From contig MNYV01000076.1 in NCBI GenBank assembly GCA_001873285.1, positions 1-61,723 of the forward strand: a DNA stretch of 61,723 nucleotides. The letters are read 5' to 3'. Shown in pieces: positions 47,784 to 56,172 of the stretch (within the stretch, counting starts at the first letter, position 1; the number at the start of each line of letters is the position of its first letter). The notes under the pieces were generated by a model. The model saw nothing but the letters and a program-made list of their open reading frames with translations. It searched no databases and was not told where the DNA came from. Made by a program: the position numbers and the translations under genes. This stretch comes from Nitrospirae bacterium CG2_30_53_67 (lineage in GTDB: Bacteria > CG2-30-53-67).

Positions 47784-48091
47784 GGTTCTTCTCCCATATA
47801 GCGGGTAAAAAGGGTTCGAGGGTTGAAGATCCATAGGGTTCCAGGGGTCGAGGGGTCAAGGGTTCAAGTGAAGTGCTAAAAACATAAAGAGCCGAGGGCC
47901 ATAGGGTTACACTTCGCGTGTCCTGCTTTTTATATAATTGCCCTCTGCTAAGGCTAATACACTAAGGCATCTTGGGTTCAAGGGTTCCAGTGTTTTTCTC
48001 TGGAGATTTTGCTTGCGTTTAAGTATTTCACTTGAATCCTTGACCCCTGGAATCCTTGACCCCTTATTACCCATTAAATGGGAGGAGAACC
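47784..48091. mobile_element. MITE-like element, family B, copy 1
   Basis: 308 bp. The left end GGTTCTTCTCCCATATAGCGGGTAAAAAGGG... and right end ...CCCCTTATTACCCATTAAATGGGAGGAGAACC are inverted. The arms are built of degenerate GGKTCRAGG units. Collinear with 51127-51369 apart from an extra internal ~65 bp. Confidence 0.75.
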
Positions 48092-48111
48092 AAGTTTATT
48101 AAAGTTTTTTG

Positions 48112-48140
48112 TTGACAGACCTTTTCCTCATGATTATAAT
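48112..48140 (+). promoter_or_regulatory. Consensus sigma-70 promoter of the glutamate synthase cluster
   Basis: TTGACA (48112-48117), exactly 17 nt, TATAAT (48135-48140). Begins 21 bp after the end of MITE B copy 1. Confidence 0.6.
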
Positions 48141-48364
48141 ATTAAAAATTAATCGGTCATGATATGCCGGTAAATAAAAGGGCGCTGACTGGGCTATAAT
48201 CATAAAATAACTTCCTCGTCAGGGGCATAACCTCCCATAAGCAATCACCATTGACCTCCGAATTATAGATGACGCGCTGATGGATGCAGGTTGATCGGGG
48301 GATTTTATCCAGCCAGAAGCCTCGTTACCATCTGTATGATGATCAGAAGAAAAAGGGCGGAGAG

Positions 48365-49480
48365 ATGTGCCGTTTAAGCGCAATGACATGCCGAGATTAT
48401 TTCTCCCCCATGGAGAATATCCTGGCCCTGGAAACCATGAAGGAAGGCCACGACGGGTCCGGCCTGGGACTGTTGCTCAAAGACCTGGGCGGGGCTTTCA
48501 AGGACATGAAGGGATACCCTATTCTCTCCGGAATCTGTTCCAATCATGGGCTGGAGATCTTGGACCAGTATATGAAGGCACGGGGGTTCAATGAACTCAT
48601 GGCCTGGGAGCCTGAAATCCGCAGGGTTCCCGGTTCAGAGATCCAAAGACGGGACCACTATTTTGCCAAGGTCTATGACTATCCTCTGGATGTGCGGGAG
48701 GCCCCCATGCCGGGAAAAGAGGATCTGCTCATGAAGACCCGCATCGCCCTGCGGAGCAGAGGAGAAAGAGATGAATCGATTTTTGTCTTCTCTTTCTATC
48801 CGGATATCATCACGATCAAAGAAGTTGGAGACCCTTTGCATCTGGGAGAGTTTTTCAGTCTGGACCGAGACGAGCTTAAAGCCAAAATCATCTTTGCGCA
48901 GGGCCGGCAGAATACGAATTATGCGATCTACCTCTATGCCTGCCATCCCTTTTTCATCCAGGGATACGGCACCATGACCAACGGGGAGAACACGGCCTTT
49001 GTCCCCATCCGTGAATTCCTGACAAGCCGGGGCTTCCCGGGTTATATGGGTTACAACAGCGACAGTGAGGTTTTAACCCACATCCTTCACTACTGCCACA
49101 GACAGTTGAAATATCCGCTGATCTATTACAAGGATGTGATCACACCGCTCAAAAATGCTGAGATCAACGGCCGCCCGGACGGCAAGGCCCTCCGTCTCAT
49201 CAGGAATTCGCTTCGCCCGCTCTGCATCGACGGGCCGAACTGTGTGATCGGATTCACTCCTGACGGCACGGTCTTCATGACCCAGGATTCCAAGAAACTC
49301 AGGCCGGGCGTGGTCGGAGGCGCACCGGGAAAGTTTGCGCTCATGTCTGAAGAATGCGGACTGGACAAGGCCATCCCGGACCGGGACAAGAGCGTGGATT
49401 TCGCCCCCATGAAATATGACATGGCCATGGTCACGCCCGATGCCAAGGAGTTAAAAAAATGGAACCAGCTGAACGTTTAG
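48365..49480 (+). CDS. Glutamate synthase, glutamine amidotransferase (class II, Ntn) subunit, archaeal-type split GltB domain 1
   Basis: MCRLSAMT.. has Cys right after the initiator Met, as class-II GATases require. ATG at 48365 with a GGCGGAGAG RBS; the track start at 48284 is over-extended. Confidence 0.85.
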   Translation: MCRLSAMTCRDYFSPMENILALETMKEGHDGSGLGLLLKDLGGAFKDMKGYPILSGICSNHGLEILDQYMKARGFNELMAWEPEIRRVPGSEIQRRDHYFAKVYDYPLDVREAPMPGKEDLLMKTRIALRSRGERDESIFVFSFYPDIITIKEVGDPLHLGEFFSLDRDELKAKIIFAQGRQNTNYAIYLYACHPFFIQGYGTMTNGENTAFVPIREFLTSRGFPGYMGYNSDSEVLTHILHYCHRQLKYPLIYYKDVITPLKNAEINGRPDGKALRLIRNSLRPLCIDGPNCVIGFTPDGTVFMTQDSKKLRPGVVGGAPGKFALMSEECGLDKAIPDRDKSVDFAPMKYDMAMVTPDAKELKKWNQLNV

Positions 49481-51117
49481 ATCAAAATCACCAACTCTCT
49501 CTCAAAGAGTTTCCCTATATCATCCGGTGGCGGGAAGACCGCTGCACCCGCTGCGGCCGCTGTACGGCCGTCTGCCCCGTCAATGCCATTGAACCTTCGG
49601 TCTTTTCCCAGCGGCTGGTGCAGTCAGAGGGAAGCACCCCCTTCCCCGCCGTGGTTCGAAGGATCACGCACGGAATCCGGCAGGTCACGGATATGGAAAG
49701 GCACTGCACCGGATGCAGCGCCTGCGCCCTGGTCTGTCCGAACGTCGCGATCGAACCGGAATACAACCCGCATCACAAGTTCCTTTTTTACAAGAACAAG
49801 GGGGGCGTTCCCTACAAGAGGGGCGGCCGGAGAAACGATCCAAGCCCATCCACCGTGGACCAATTGAAATTCACCCGGATCTCCATGCTCACGGACCCGG
49901 CGCTGGATGCCGGACGCCACGAATTCCACATCCGAACCCTCCTCGGAAGGAACCTTCCACCGGAAAAGCTCCCTCTGGAGGTCGAAGACGGTCTTCTTGC
50001 GGTCAAGAAGGATTCCGGATTCATCCCGCCGGTCAGGGAGATCTATCCGATTCGTATTGCAAGCATGTCCGTAGGCGCCCTCTCCCCGCACATGTGGGAA
50101 GGGCTGGCCATGGGGGTTGCTTACCTCAATGAAGTGGAAGGGCTTCCTGTGGTCATGTGCACCGGCGAAGGAGGCATACCGCCCAGGCTCCTGACCTCTC
50201 GTTTTGTGAAATATTTTATCATTCAGATCGCATCGGGTTATTTCGGCTGGGACGAGATCATCCATGCCATTCCGAAGATGGTGGAAGATCCCGCGGCTAT
50301 CGAGATCAAATACGGCCAGGGCGCAAAACCCGGAGACGGCGGCCTGCTCATGGCCTACAAGGTTCTCAAACTCATCGCAAAGATCCGGGGCGTGCCTGAA
50401 TACGTGGATCTCGCGTCTCCGCCCACCCACCAGACCCAGTATTCCATCGAGGAGGCCGTGGCCAAGATGATCCAATCCATGTCCATGGCCTGGGGGTTCC
50501 GTGTCCCGGTCTATCCCAAGATCTCCGGGACCAAGACGGCCAGGGCGGTCCTCAACAATCTGGCAAGAAATCCCTATGCGGCGGCCCTCTGCATCGACGG
50601 CGAAGACGGGGGGACCGGCGCGGCCTACAATATCTCCATGGACAAGATGGGTCACCCGATCGCATCCAACATCCGGGACTGCTACCTCGACCTGGTTAAA
50701 CAGGGGAAACAGAACGAACTCCCCCTGATCGCCGCAGGCGGCATGGGAAAGACCGGCAGCCTCGCGGCCAATGCCGCGGCCATGATCATGCTGGGAGCCT
50801 CGGCCGTGGACATCGGGAAATATATCATGCAGGCCGCGGCCGGCTGCCTTGGGAATGAATACAACCGCTGCAACCTCTGCAATACGGGACGGTGTCCCAG
50901 GGGGATCACCACGCAGGATCCCAAACTCTACAGGCGGCTCGACCCGGATAAGGTTGCGGAACGGGTGGTGGAGGTCTTCAAGTCCGCGGACGTGGAACTC
51001 AAGAAGATCTTTGCACCCATGGGGCGCAGCACTCAGCTCCCCATCGGCATGTCAGACGGCCTGGGTGTTGCGGACAAGGAGATCGCCGAACGGCTGAATA
51101 TCAGCTACGTCTGTTGA
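49459..51117 (+). CDS. Glutamate synthase FMN/Fe-S catalytic subunit (GltB domain 2) with N-terminal 2x[4Fe-4S] ferredoxin domain
   Basis: CTRCGRCTAVCP and CTGCSACALVCP, followed by MSVGALS..TGEGG..KYGQGAKPGDGG..DGEDGGTGAA..AAGGM. Confidence 0.9.
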   Translation: MEPAERLDQNHQLSLKEFPYIIRWREDRCTRCGRCTAVCPVNAIEPSVFSQRLVQSEGSTPFPAVVRRITHGIRQVTDMERHCTGCSACALVCPNVAIEPEYNPHHKFLFYKNKGGVPYKRGGRRNDPSPSTVDQLKFTRISMLTDPALDAGRHEFHIRTLLGRNLPPEKLPLEVEDGLLAVKKDSGFIPPVREIYPIRIASMSVGALSPHMWEGLAMGVAYLNEVEGLPVVMCTGEGGIPPRLLTSRFVKYFIIQIASGYFGWDEIIHAIPKMVEDPAAIEIKYGQGAKPGDGGLLMAYKVLKLIAKIRGVPEYVDLASPPTHQTQYSIEEAVAKMIQSMSMAWGFRVPVYPKISGTKTARAVLNNLARNPYAAALCIDGEDGGTGAAYNISMDKMGHPIASNIRDCYLDLVKQGKQNELPLIAAGGMGKTGSLAANAAAMIMLGASAVDIGKYIMQAAAGCLGNEYNRCNLCNTGRCPRGITTQDPKLYRRLDPDKVAERVVEVFKSADVELKKIFAPMGRSTQLPIGMSDGLGVADKEIAERLNISYVC

Positions 51118-51126
51118 GAAAAAAGT

Positions 51127-51369
51127 GGATTATCTCCAAAAGAGTGGGTGAAAACATCAGGGGTCCAGGGGTCAAGGATTCCAGGGGTCAAGTGAAGTGT
51201 TAAAATCATAAGGGGCCGAGGATTATAGGGTCCAAGGGTTCCAGTGTTTTTCTCTGAAGATTTTGCTTGCGTTTCAGTATCTCACTTGAACCCTTGATCC
51301 CTCGACCCCTGGAACCCTATGGATCTTCAACCCTTGACCCCTTTTTACCCACTAGATGGGAGAAGAACC
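51127..51369. mobile_element. MITE-like element, family B, copy 2
   Basis: 243 bp starting 10 bp after the gltB-domain-2 stop. The reverse complement of the right end closely matches the left end of copy 1 (GGTTCTTCTCCCATCTAGTGGGTAAAAAGGGGTCAAGGGTTGAAGATCCATAGGGTTCCAGGGGTCGAGG). The left end is more degenerate. Confidence 0.7.
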
Positions 51370-51417
51370 AAAAAAGCAGACGGAATACAGCAGACAGCCT
51401 ACAGGGAAAAAAATGAT

Positions 51418-51620
51418 CGTTCGCTTTGGGTCTGCGACAAATTTATGGGTAACCATTTCTCTAAGAGCGTCATTCCCCGACTTGATCGGGGAATCCAGAC
51501 AATTAAGGAACTGGATTGTCCGGTCAAGCCTGTCCTACGACTTGATCGGGGGACCGGACAATGACAACCATATGTAATCCTGATGTGTACCCACAAATTT
51601 GTCGCACACTCGTTCGCTTT
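51418..51620. mobile_element. MITE-like element, family C, with flanking 10-bp direct repeat
   Basis: 19-bp inverted repeats TGCGACAAATTTATGGGTA (51433-51451) and TACCCACAAATTTGTCGCA (51588-51606). Flanked by identical CGTTCGCTTT at 51418-51427 and 51611-51620. Contains an internal direct repeat CGACTTGATCGGGG (51477, 51537). Confidence 0.6.
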
Positions 51621-51660
51621 TCTGATTGCTGACCGCTGAAAGCTTTTTTGTGAGAAGACA

Positions 51661-53979
51661 ATGATCATTCATGGAAACATAAAAGGCAAGAGAGTCTCTT
51701 CCCGTGAACTCGAGGAACAAATCCAGAAAGCGGTCCGGGACGGACAAAGGGCGCTCTCCATCCGGGCGGACGGGCAGCACGGCATCGGCGGCCGCATCTG
51801 GCCCACCGGGCAGAAGGTCCGAATCACGGTGGAAGGTCCCGTGGGACAGCGTCTCGGAGGCATGGGCATGGACGGCGCCGAGATCATCGTAAAGGGAAGC
51901 GCCTCCGATGACGTGGGCTGGATCAACTGCGGGGCCAGGATTACGGTTCTTGGGGATGTGACCAACGGCGCCCACAATGCCGGCGCCCAGGGACTCCTCT
52001 ATGTCCAGGGAGGAGGCGGCGCCCGTTGCGATACCATGACCAAGGCCAACCCTCGGTTTGAACCGTTGCAATCCTGGTACTTCCGGGATGTAGGGGACTC
52101 TTTCGCAGAGTTCAAAGCAGGGGGCATCGCGGTGGTCTGCGGTGTGCATCCCAAAAATCCCGATAACATTCTCGGTTACCGTCCCTGTGTCGGGATGGTC
52201 GGAGGAAGCATCTACTTCCGGGGCCCCATTCAGGGATACAGTGAATCAGACGTCAAGTGCGTTGATCTCACCCCCCAGGACTGGGACTGGCTGTGCAAGA
52301 ACATCAAGCCGTACCTCAAGGCCATCGACCGGATGCCCTACCTTGGAGAATTGACCCGATCTCCCAAGGACTGGAAGAAACTCATCGCCTATACCCCGGC
52401 GGAAAAGGCCGAGCGCAAAGGAATGAAGATATCCACCACGGCGTTTAGGGCCCAAACCTGGGAGCCCACCGTGGGTAAAGGGGGCATCTTCGGCGAATAT
52501 CTGGATCACGATCAGACCCTTCTCCCCTATATTACAACCGGTGAGAATCGGCGGTTCCGCCCTGTCTGGAACCATCAGAAATATCTGCCCCCCTGTGCCT
52601 ATGCCTGTCCTTCACGGATCCCCTCCCACAGGCGGGCCTCCCTGATCCGTCAGAACAAGCTGCAGGAGGCCCTTGAACTGGCGCTTCAGTACAGTCCCTT
52701 CCCTGCCAGTGTCTGCGGCCAGATCTGCCCGAACCTTTGTATGGATGCCTGCACCCGGGGAAGGCTGGACAAACCCCTGGATATCAAAAACCTCGGAGCA
52801 TTGAGCCTGGATCTCCCCGCGCCCAAGAAGGCCCGGTCCACAGGGAAGAAGGTCGCGGTGATCGGGGCCGGTCCAGGCGGGCTTTCCGCGGCCTGGCAGC
52901 TGGCGCTCAAGGGACACAACGTGAGTCTTTATGAGACATCAGAAAGACTCGGCGGGAAAATGGAGTGGTGCGTCCCTCGTAACCGCCTGCCGCAGAAGAT
53001 CCTGAAAAAGGAGATCTCCCGTTTTGAAGAGCTGGGGGTCGGAATCCATCTGAAAACCAAAGTGACCGGGAAACTGTTCAAGGAGATTTACAGAAAACAC
53101 AACATCGTGGTCGTGGCCTGCGGCGCGCAGGAGGCCAGAACTATGCCCTTCCAGGGATCGGAACACGTGGTTCCCGGCATTGAATTCTTAAAACAGGTCA
53201 ACTACGGCGAACCCATGGACCTCGCAAGGAAAAAGGTGGTGGTCATCGGCGCCGGGAACGCCGGCATGGATATCGCCTGCCAGTCTTATAACTTGGGGGC
53301 CGAGTCCGTGACGGCCGTGGATATCCAGCCGCCCGCAAGTTTCAGCAAGGAACAGGAACTGGCAAAGGCCATGGGCACCCTGATCCTCTACCCCAAGATC
53401 GCGGAGAAATACGATCCAAAGAAAAAAAAGATCTATTTCCGGGACGGCGCCTCTTTAAATGCCGACGTGGTGATCATCTCCATCGGCGAGACCCCGGTCC
53501 TCGGCTTCCTGCCTCCGAGCGTGCACACGGAACGGGGGTTCATCACCGCCGATGAACACGGCCGGACATCGGATATAAAAGTATTCGCCGTGGGAGACGC
53601 CGCCCGGCCGGGACTCGTCACCCACGCCATCGGTCAGGGCCGTCTCACCGCAGAAGCGATACACGCCCAGATGATGAACTTTGATCTGATCCCGGAAATC
53701 AAGCAGGTCATTCCTTACGATAGGATCAGGACCGTCTATTACGAAAGATCCCTGCTCGATGAATTTGTGCCGCAAAAAGAAGCGGACCGCTGTATGTCCT
53801 GCGGATCATGCAGGGACTGCCGCATGTGCGAGACCGCCTGTTATTACGGGGCCATCACGCGCAAGGAAACCGAAGACGGCGGATTTGAATATGTGGCGGA
53901 CCCCAAACTCTGCATCGGCTGCGGTTTCTGCACAGGCATCTGTCCCAGCGGGGTTTGGGAGATGGTTCAAAACATCTGA
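51661..53979 (+). CDS. Fusion protein: GltB C-terminal (GXGXG) domain, GltD-like NAD(P)H/FAD oxidoreductase, C-terminal ferredoxin domain
   Basis: N-terminus ADGQHGIGGRIW..GQRLGGMGMDGAEIIVKGSASDDVGW (GltB domain 3). Middle part KKVAVIGAGPGGLSAA..VVVIGAGNAGMD..AVGDA plus Cys clusters (GltD-like). C-terminus CMSCGSCRDCRMC and CIGCGFCTGICP. Confidence 0.85.
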   Translation: MIIHGNIKGKRVSSRELEEQIQKAVRDGQRALSIRADGQHGIGGRIWPTGQKVRITVEGPVGQRLGGMGMDGAEIIVKGSASDDVGWINCGARITVLGDVTNGAHNAGAQGLLYVQGGGGARCDTMTKANPRFEPLQSWYFRDVGDSFAEFKAGGIAVVCGVHPKNPDNILGYRPCVGMVGGSIYFRGPIQGYSESDVKCVDLTPQDWDWLCKNIKPYLKAIDRMPYLGELTRSPKDWKKLIAYTPAEKAERKGMKISTTAFRAQTWEPTVGKGGIFGEYLDHDQTLLPYITTGENRRFRPVWNHQKYLPPCAYACPSRIPSHRRASLIRQNKLQEALELALQYSPFPASVCGQICPNLCMDACTRGRLDKPLDIKNLGALSLDLPAPKKARSTGKKVAVIGAGPGGLSAAWQLALKGHNVSLYETSERLGGKMEWCVPRNRLPQKILKKEISRFEELGVGIHLKTKVTGKLFKEIYRKHNIVVVACGAQEARTMPFQGSEHVVPGIEFLKQVNYGEPMDLARKKVVVIGAGNAGMDIACQSYNLGAESVTAVDIQPPASFSKEQELAKAMGTLILYPKIAEKYDPKKKKIYFRDGASLNADVVIISIGETPVLGFLPPSVHTERGFITADEHGRTSDIKVFAVGDAARPGLVTHAIGQGRLTAEAIHAQMMNFDLIPEIKQVIPYDRIRTVYYERSLLDEFVPQKEADRCMSCGSCRDCRMCETACYYGAITRKETEDGGFEYVADPKLCIGCGFCTGICPSGVWEMVQNI

Positions 53980-54026
53980 TCCATCAACTGATCCTGTCTG
54001 AAAATAGTCTATAACCTTATTCCCTG

Positions 54027-55022
54027 TTGAGGAGCGCCATGAGAACAATAAAACCCCTGATGCGTTGTCTGATCCTGATCATCCTGTTTATGCTCCCCGG
54101 GTGCATCACAGTCCAGGTGGGGATGCGGTCGCCCCAGGACAGACTCAGAGAGACCGTGGTCCAGGACAAGGGATGGAACAAGATCCTGATCCTGGACATC
54201 AACGGATTCCTGAGTGATGTGGGTCCCTGGAAGCCCTATTCCCCCCCGGTGACCGTGCTCAATGACGTGAAAGAGAAACTCCGCAAAGCCGAAAAGGACA
54301 GCCGGATCAAGGGGGTGATCCTCCGGATCAACAGCCCCGGCGGAACCGTGACCGCTTCGGACAGCATCTACGACGAAATCAAACAATTCAAGGAGAAAAA
54401 GCGCGTCCCCGTAGCGGCCCAGATGATGGACACCGCGGCATCAGGAGGCTATTACGTGGCCTTGGCCGCGGACCGGATCGTGGCCCAGCCGACCAGCATC
54501 ACCGGAAGCATCGGGGTCATGGTTCAGAAATTCGACGTGCATGAACTGCTCGCCAAGATCGGCGTCATGAACACCCCGGTAAAATCCGGCGAGCACAAGG
54601 ATATCGGTTCCCCGTTCAGGCCCCAGACCGAAGAGGAACAAAAACTGCTTCAGAAGACCATTGATGAACTCTACGGCCGTTTTGTGCAGACCGTGGCTGA
54701 TAACCGGAAGGGACTCACGCGGGATGAAGTCCTGGCCCTGGCCGACGGGAGGATCTATACCTCTGAACAGGCCCTGAAGAACAGGCTCATTGACCGGATC
54801 GGTTATTTAAACGATGCCATTGATGAAGTAAAAAACATGGCCGGTCTGGAAACGGCCCGGGTGATCATCTACCACGTCCCATCCGCCTATACGGAGAACA
54901 TCTATTCGTCCGTTCCCCTTCCCCCGGTCAGTGAGATTCATCTCCTCAATCTGAACCGGGACCTTGCAGGATTGGGGAGTCCGTTCCTCTATCTGTGGGA
55001 GCCAGGGTTTCAGGGCTGGTGA
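54027..55022 (+). CDS. sppA: Signal peptide peptidase SppA, 36K type
   Basis: Lipobox-like LPGC, then VILRINSPGGTVTAS..AASGGYYVALAAD..TGSIGV. Confidence 0.9.
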   Translation: MRSAMRTIKPLMRCLILIILFMLPGCITVQVGMRSPQDRLRETVVQDKGWNKILILDINGFLSDVGPWKPYSPPVTVLNDVKEKLRKAEKDSRIKGVILRINSPGGTVTASDSIYDEIKQFKEKKRVPVAAQMMDTAASGGYYVALAADRIVAQPTSITGSIGVMVQKFDVHELLAKIGVMNTPVKSGEHKDIGSPFRPQTEEEQKLLQKTIDELYGRFVQTVADNRKGLTRDEVLALADGRIYTSEQALKNRLIDRIGYLNDAIDEVKNMAGLETARVIIYHVPSAYTENIYSSVPLPPVSEIHLLNLNRDLAGLGSPFLYLWEPGFQGW

Positions 55023-55983
55023 TGCCCCGTGCAGCCGCACCCGAGGAAAGCGGAAGAGAGACCAGGGAGAAGGGATCCACCCTGGCGCCGTTGAGTTTCA
55101 CGCCCCAGTGCAGGTGGGGTCCGGTCACGCGTCCCGTGGCGCCCACGTGCCCGATGACCTCCTCTCTACTGACAGAAGACCCCTTCCCGACCGTCATGTC
55201 ATTCAGATGCGCATACAGGGTATAGAGCCCGAATCCGTGGTCCAGAATCACGGTATGGCCGCTGAAGAAGAGATCGCCGGCAAAAACCACCCGACCGGCA
55301 TTGGAGGCATGGACCTCTGTCCCGGAGGCGGCCTTAAGGTCGGCGCCTGAATGCGGGTTCCTGGGTTCCCCGTTGATGATCCTCCGGAGCCCGAACCGGC
55401 TTCCGCTTTGCACATCAAGCGGCACGGCAAAACCCTGATCGAAGATCCGATCAGGATTCTGTATACTGAAAATGGCGTCCTGCAGTTTCTGTTCCTCTTT
55501 ATACCGTTTCAGGTCCTTGCCGGACAGGTGGACGTACTTCTCGTCCACGGTGATCCGTTCCACGGGAAATTCTTTTTTCTGAATTTTCAGGATCATGGTT
55601 CCCGATGACTCGATGCCGTCAGGGAACTCCGCCCGATAAGTGAGGGTCTGCTCTCCGGGCGGGATATCCAGGTCGATCCCGGCCAGCCCCATCCAGACCT
55701 TTTTGTCCTCGGCCGGGAAGAACAGGATCTTCTGTTTGCCGAGGGAGGCGCTCACCCTGGCAATCTCCCGAGGGGATCCGACCCGGATTAGGACCGCCTC
55801 CCCGGGAAAGAGTTCCTTGGGTAATGTTTCGAACTGCAGATCTCTCTTCGGGACTTCCTTCGAAACCATGGAAGACGGGTCACGCTCAGGGAGGTCCGGT
55901 GCGCCGTGACCGATGACGGTCATCCCCAAGGCGGCGAGCATGGCCCCCATAAAAAACAGAAGGGTAAAACCGGGACGCGGCAT
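54946..55983 (-). CDS. M23-family metallopeptidase
   Basis: HSGADLKA..GHTVILDHGFGLYTLYAHL..GATGRVTGPHLHWGVKLNG. Start placed at ATG 55983 (signal peptide MPRPGFTLLFFMGAMLAALG, GGAAGGAG RBS). Confidence 0.85.
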   Translation of the reverse strand: MPRPGFTLLFFMGAMLAALGMTVIGHGAPDLPERDPSSMVSKEVPKRDLQFETLPKELFPGEAVLIRVGSPREIARVSASLGKQKILFFPAEDKKVWMGLAGIDLDIPPGEQTLTYRAEFPDGIESSGTMILKIQKKEFPVERITVDEKYVHLSGKDLKRYKEEQKLQDAIFSIQNPDRIFDQGFAVPLDVQSGSRFGLRRIINGEPRNPHSGADLKAASGTEVHASNAGRVVFAGDLFFSGHTVILDHGFGLYTLYAHLNDMTVGKGSSVSREEVIGHVGATGRVTGPHLHWGVKLNGARVDPFSLVSLPLSSGAAARGITSPETLAPTDRGTDSPILQGPGSD

Positions 55984-55984
55984 T

Positions 55985-56125
55985 CTATTCTTCACTCCTT
56001 CCGGAAAGGCCGCAGCGGATATACTCAATCTTGATGCACCGGTCCATGACCACCTCGATCCCGGCCGCTTCCAGTCTCCTCGCGGCCTCAACAACCACGG
56101 CCTCCCCGTCTTTGACTTTCCGGAT
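55985..56125 (-). pseudogene. Possible 3-prime relic of a CoA-binding (YccU-like) protein gene
   Basis: The frame reads ..KVKDGEAVVVEAARRLEAAGIEVVMDRCIKIEY.., resembling only the last ~40 residues of CoA-binding domain proteins. No plausible start, and the upstream part of the ORF overlaps tsaC. Confidence 0.35.
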
Positions 56126-56172
56126 CTTCTTTTCACACGTGAAATTCCGCCGCCCTTTGGGGGGGCGGAATT

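Noticed and set aside
47800-48070. Possible CRISPR-like or tandem-repeat array, given the iterated GGGTCAAGG / GGTTCCAGG units.
   Set aside because: The units are only 8-10 nt, degenerate and directly abutting with no spacers. They form the two inverted arms of a MITE-like element, and no cas genes are present.
49624-50655. Long antisense ORFs in the six-frame track. Examples: 343 aa at 49624..50655, 399 aa at 59313..60512, 300 aa at 6756..7658, 272 aa at 42073..42891, 240 aa at 14214..14936, 220 aa at 19358..20020, 221 aa at 30960..31625.
   Set aside because: Each lies opposite a gene with strong, motif-level family identity: GltS FMN subunit, TolC/DUF4388 protein, MoCF protein, P-type ATPase, MglA-like GTPase, GGDEF cyclase and gmk. 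Their products are low-complexity, Arg/Pro/Gly-rich shadow-frame translations with no recognisable motifs.
54946-55022. 77-bp convergent overlap of the sppA and M23 peptidase 3-prime ends as a possible antisense regulatory arrangement or frameshift.
   Set aside because: Both reading frames are intact and the conserved domains of both proteins end before the overlap. The extension of the M23 ORF is most simply a non-conserved tail, and nothing in the sequence demands a special mechanism.
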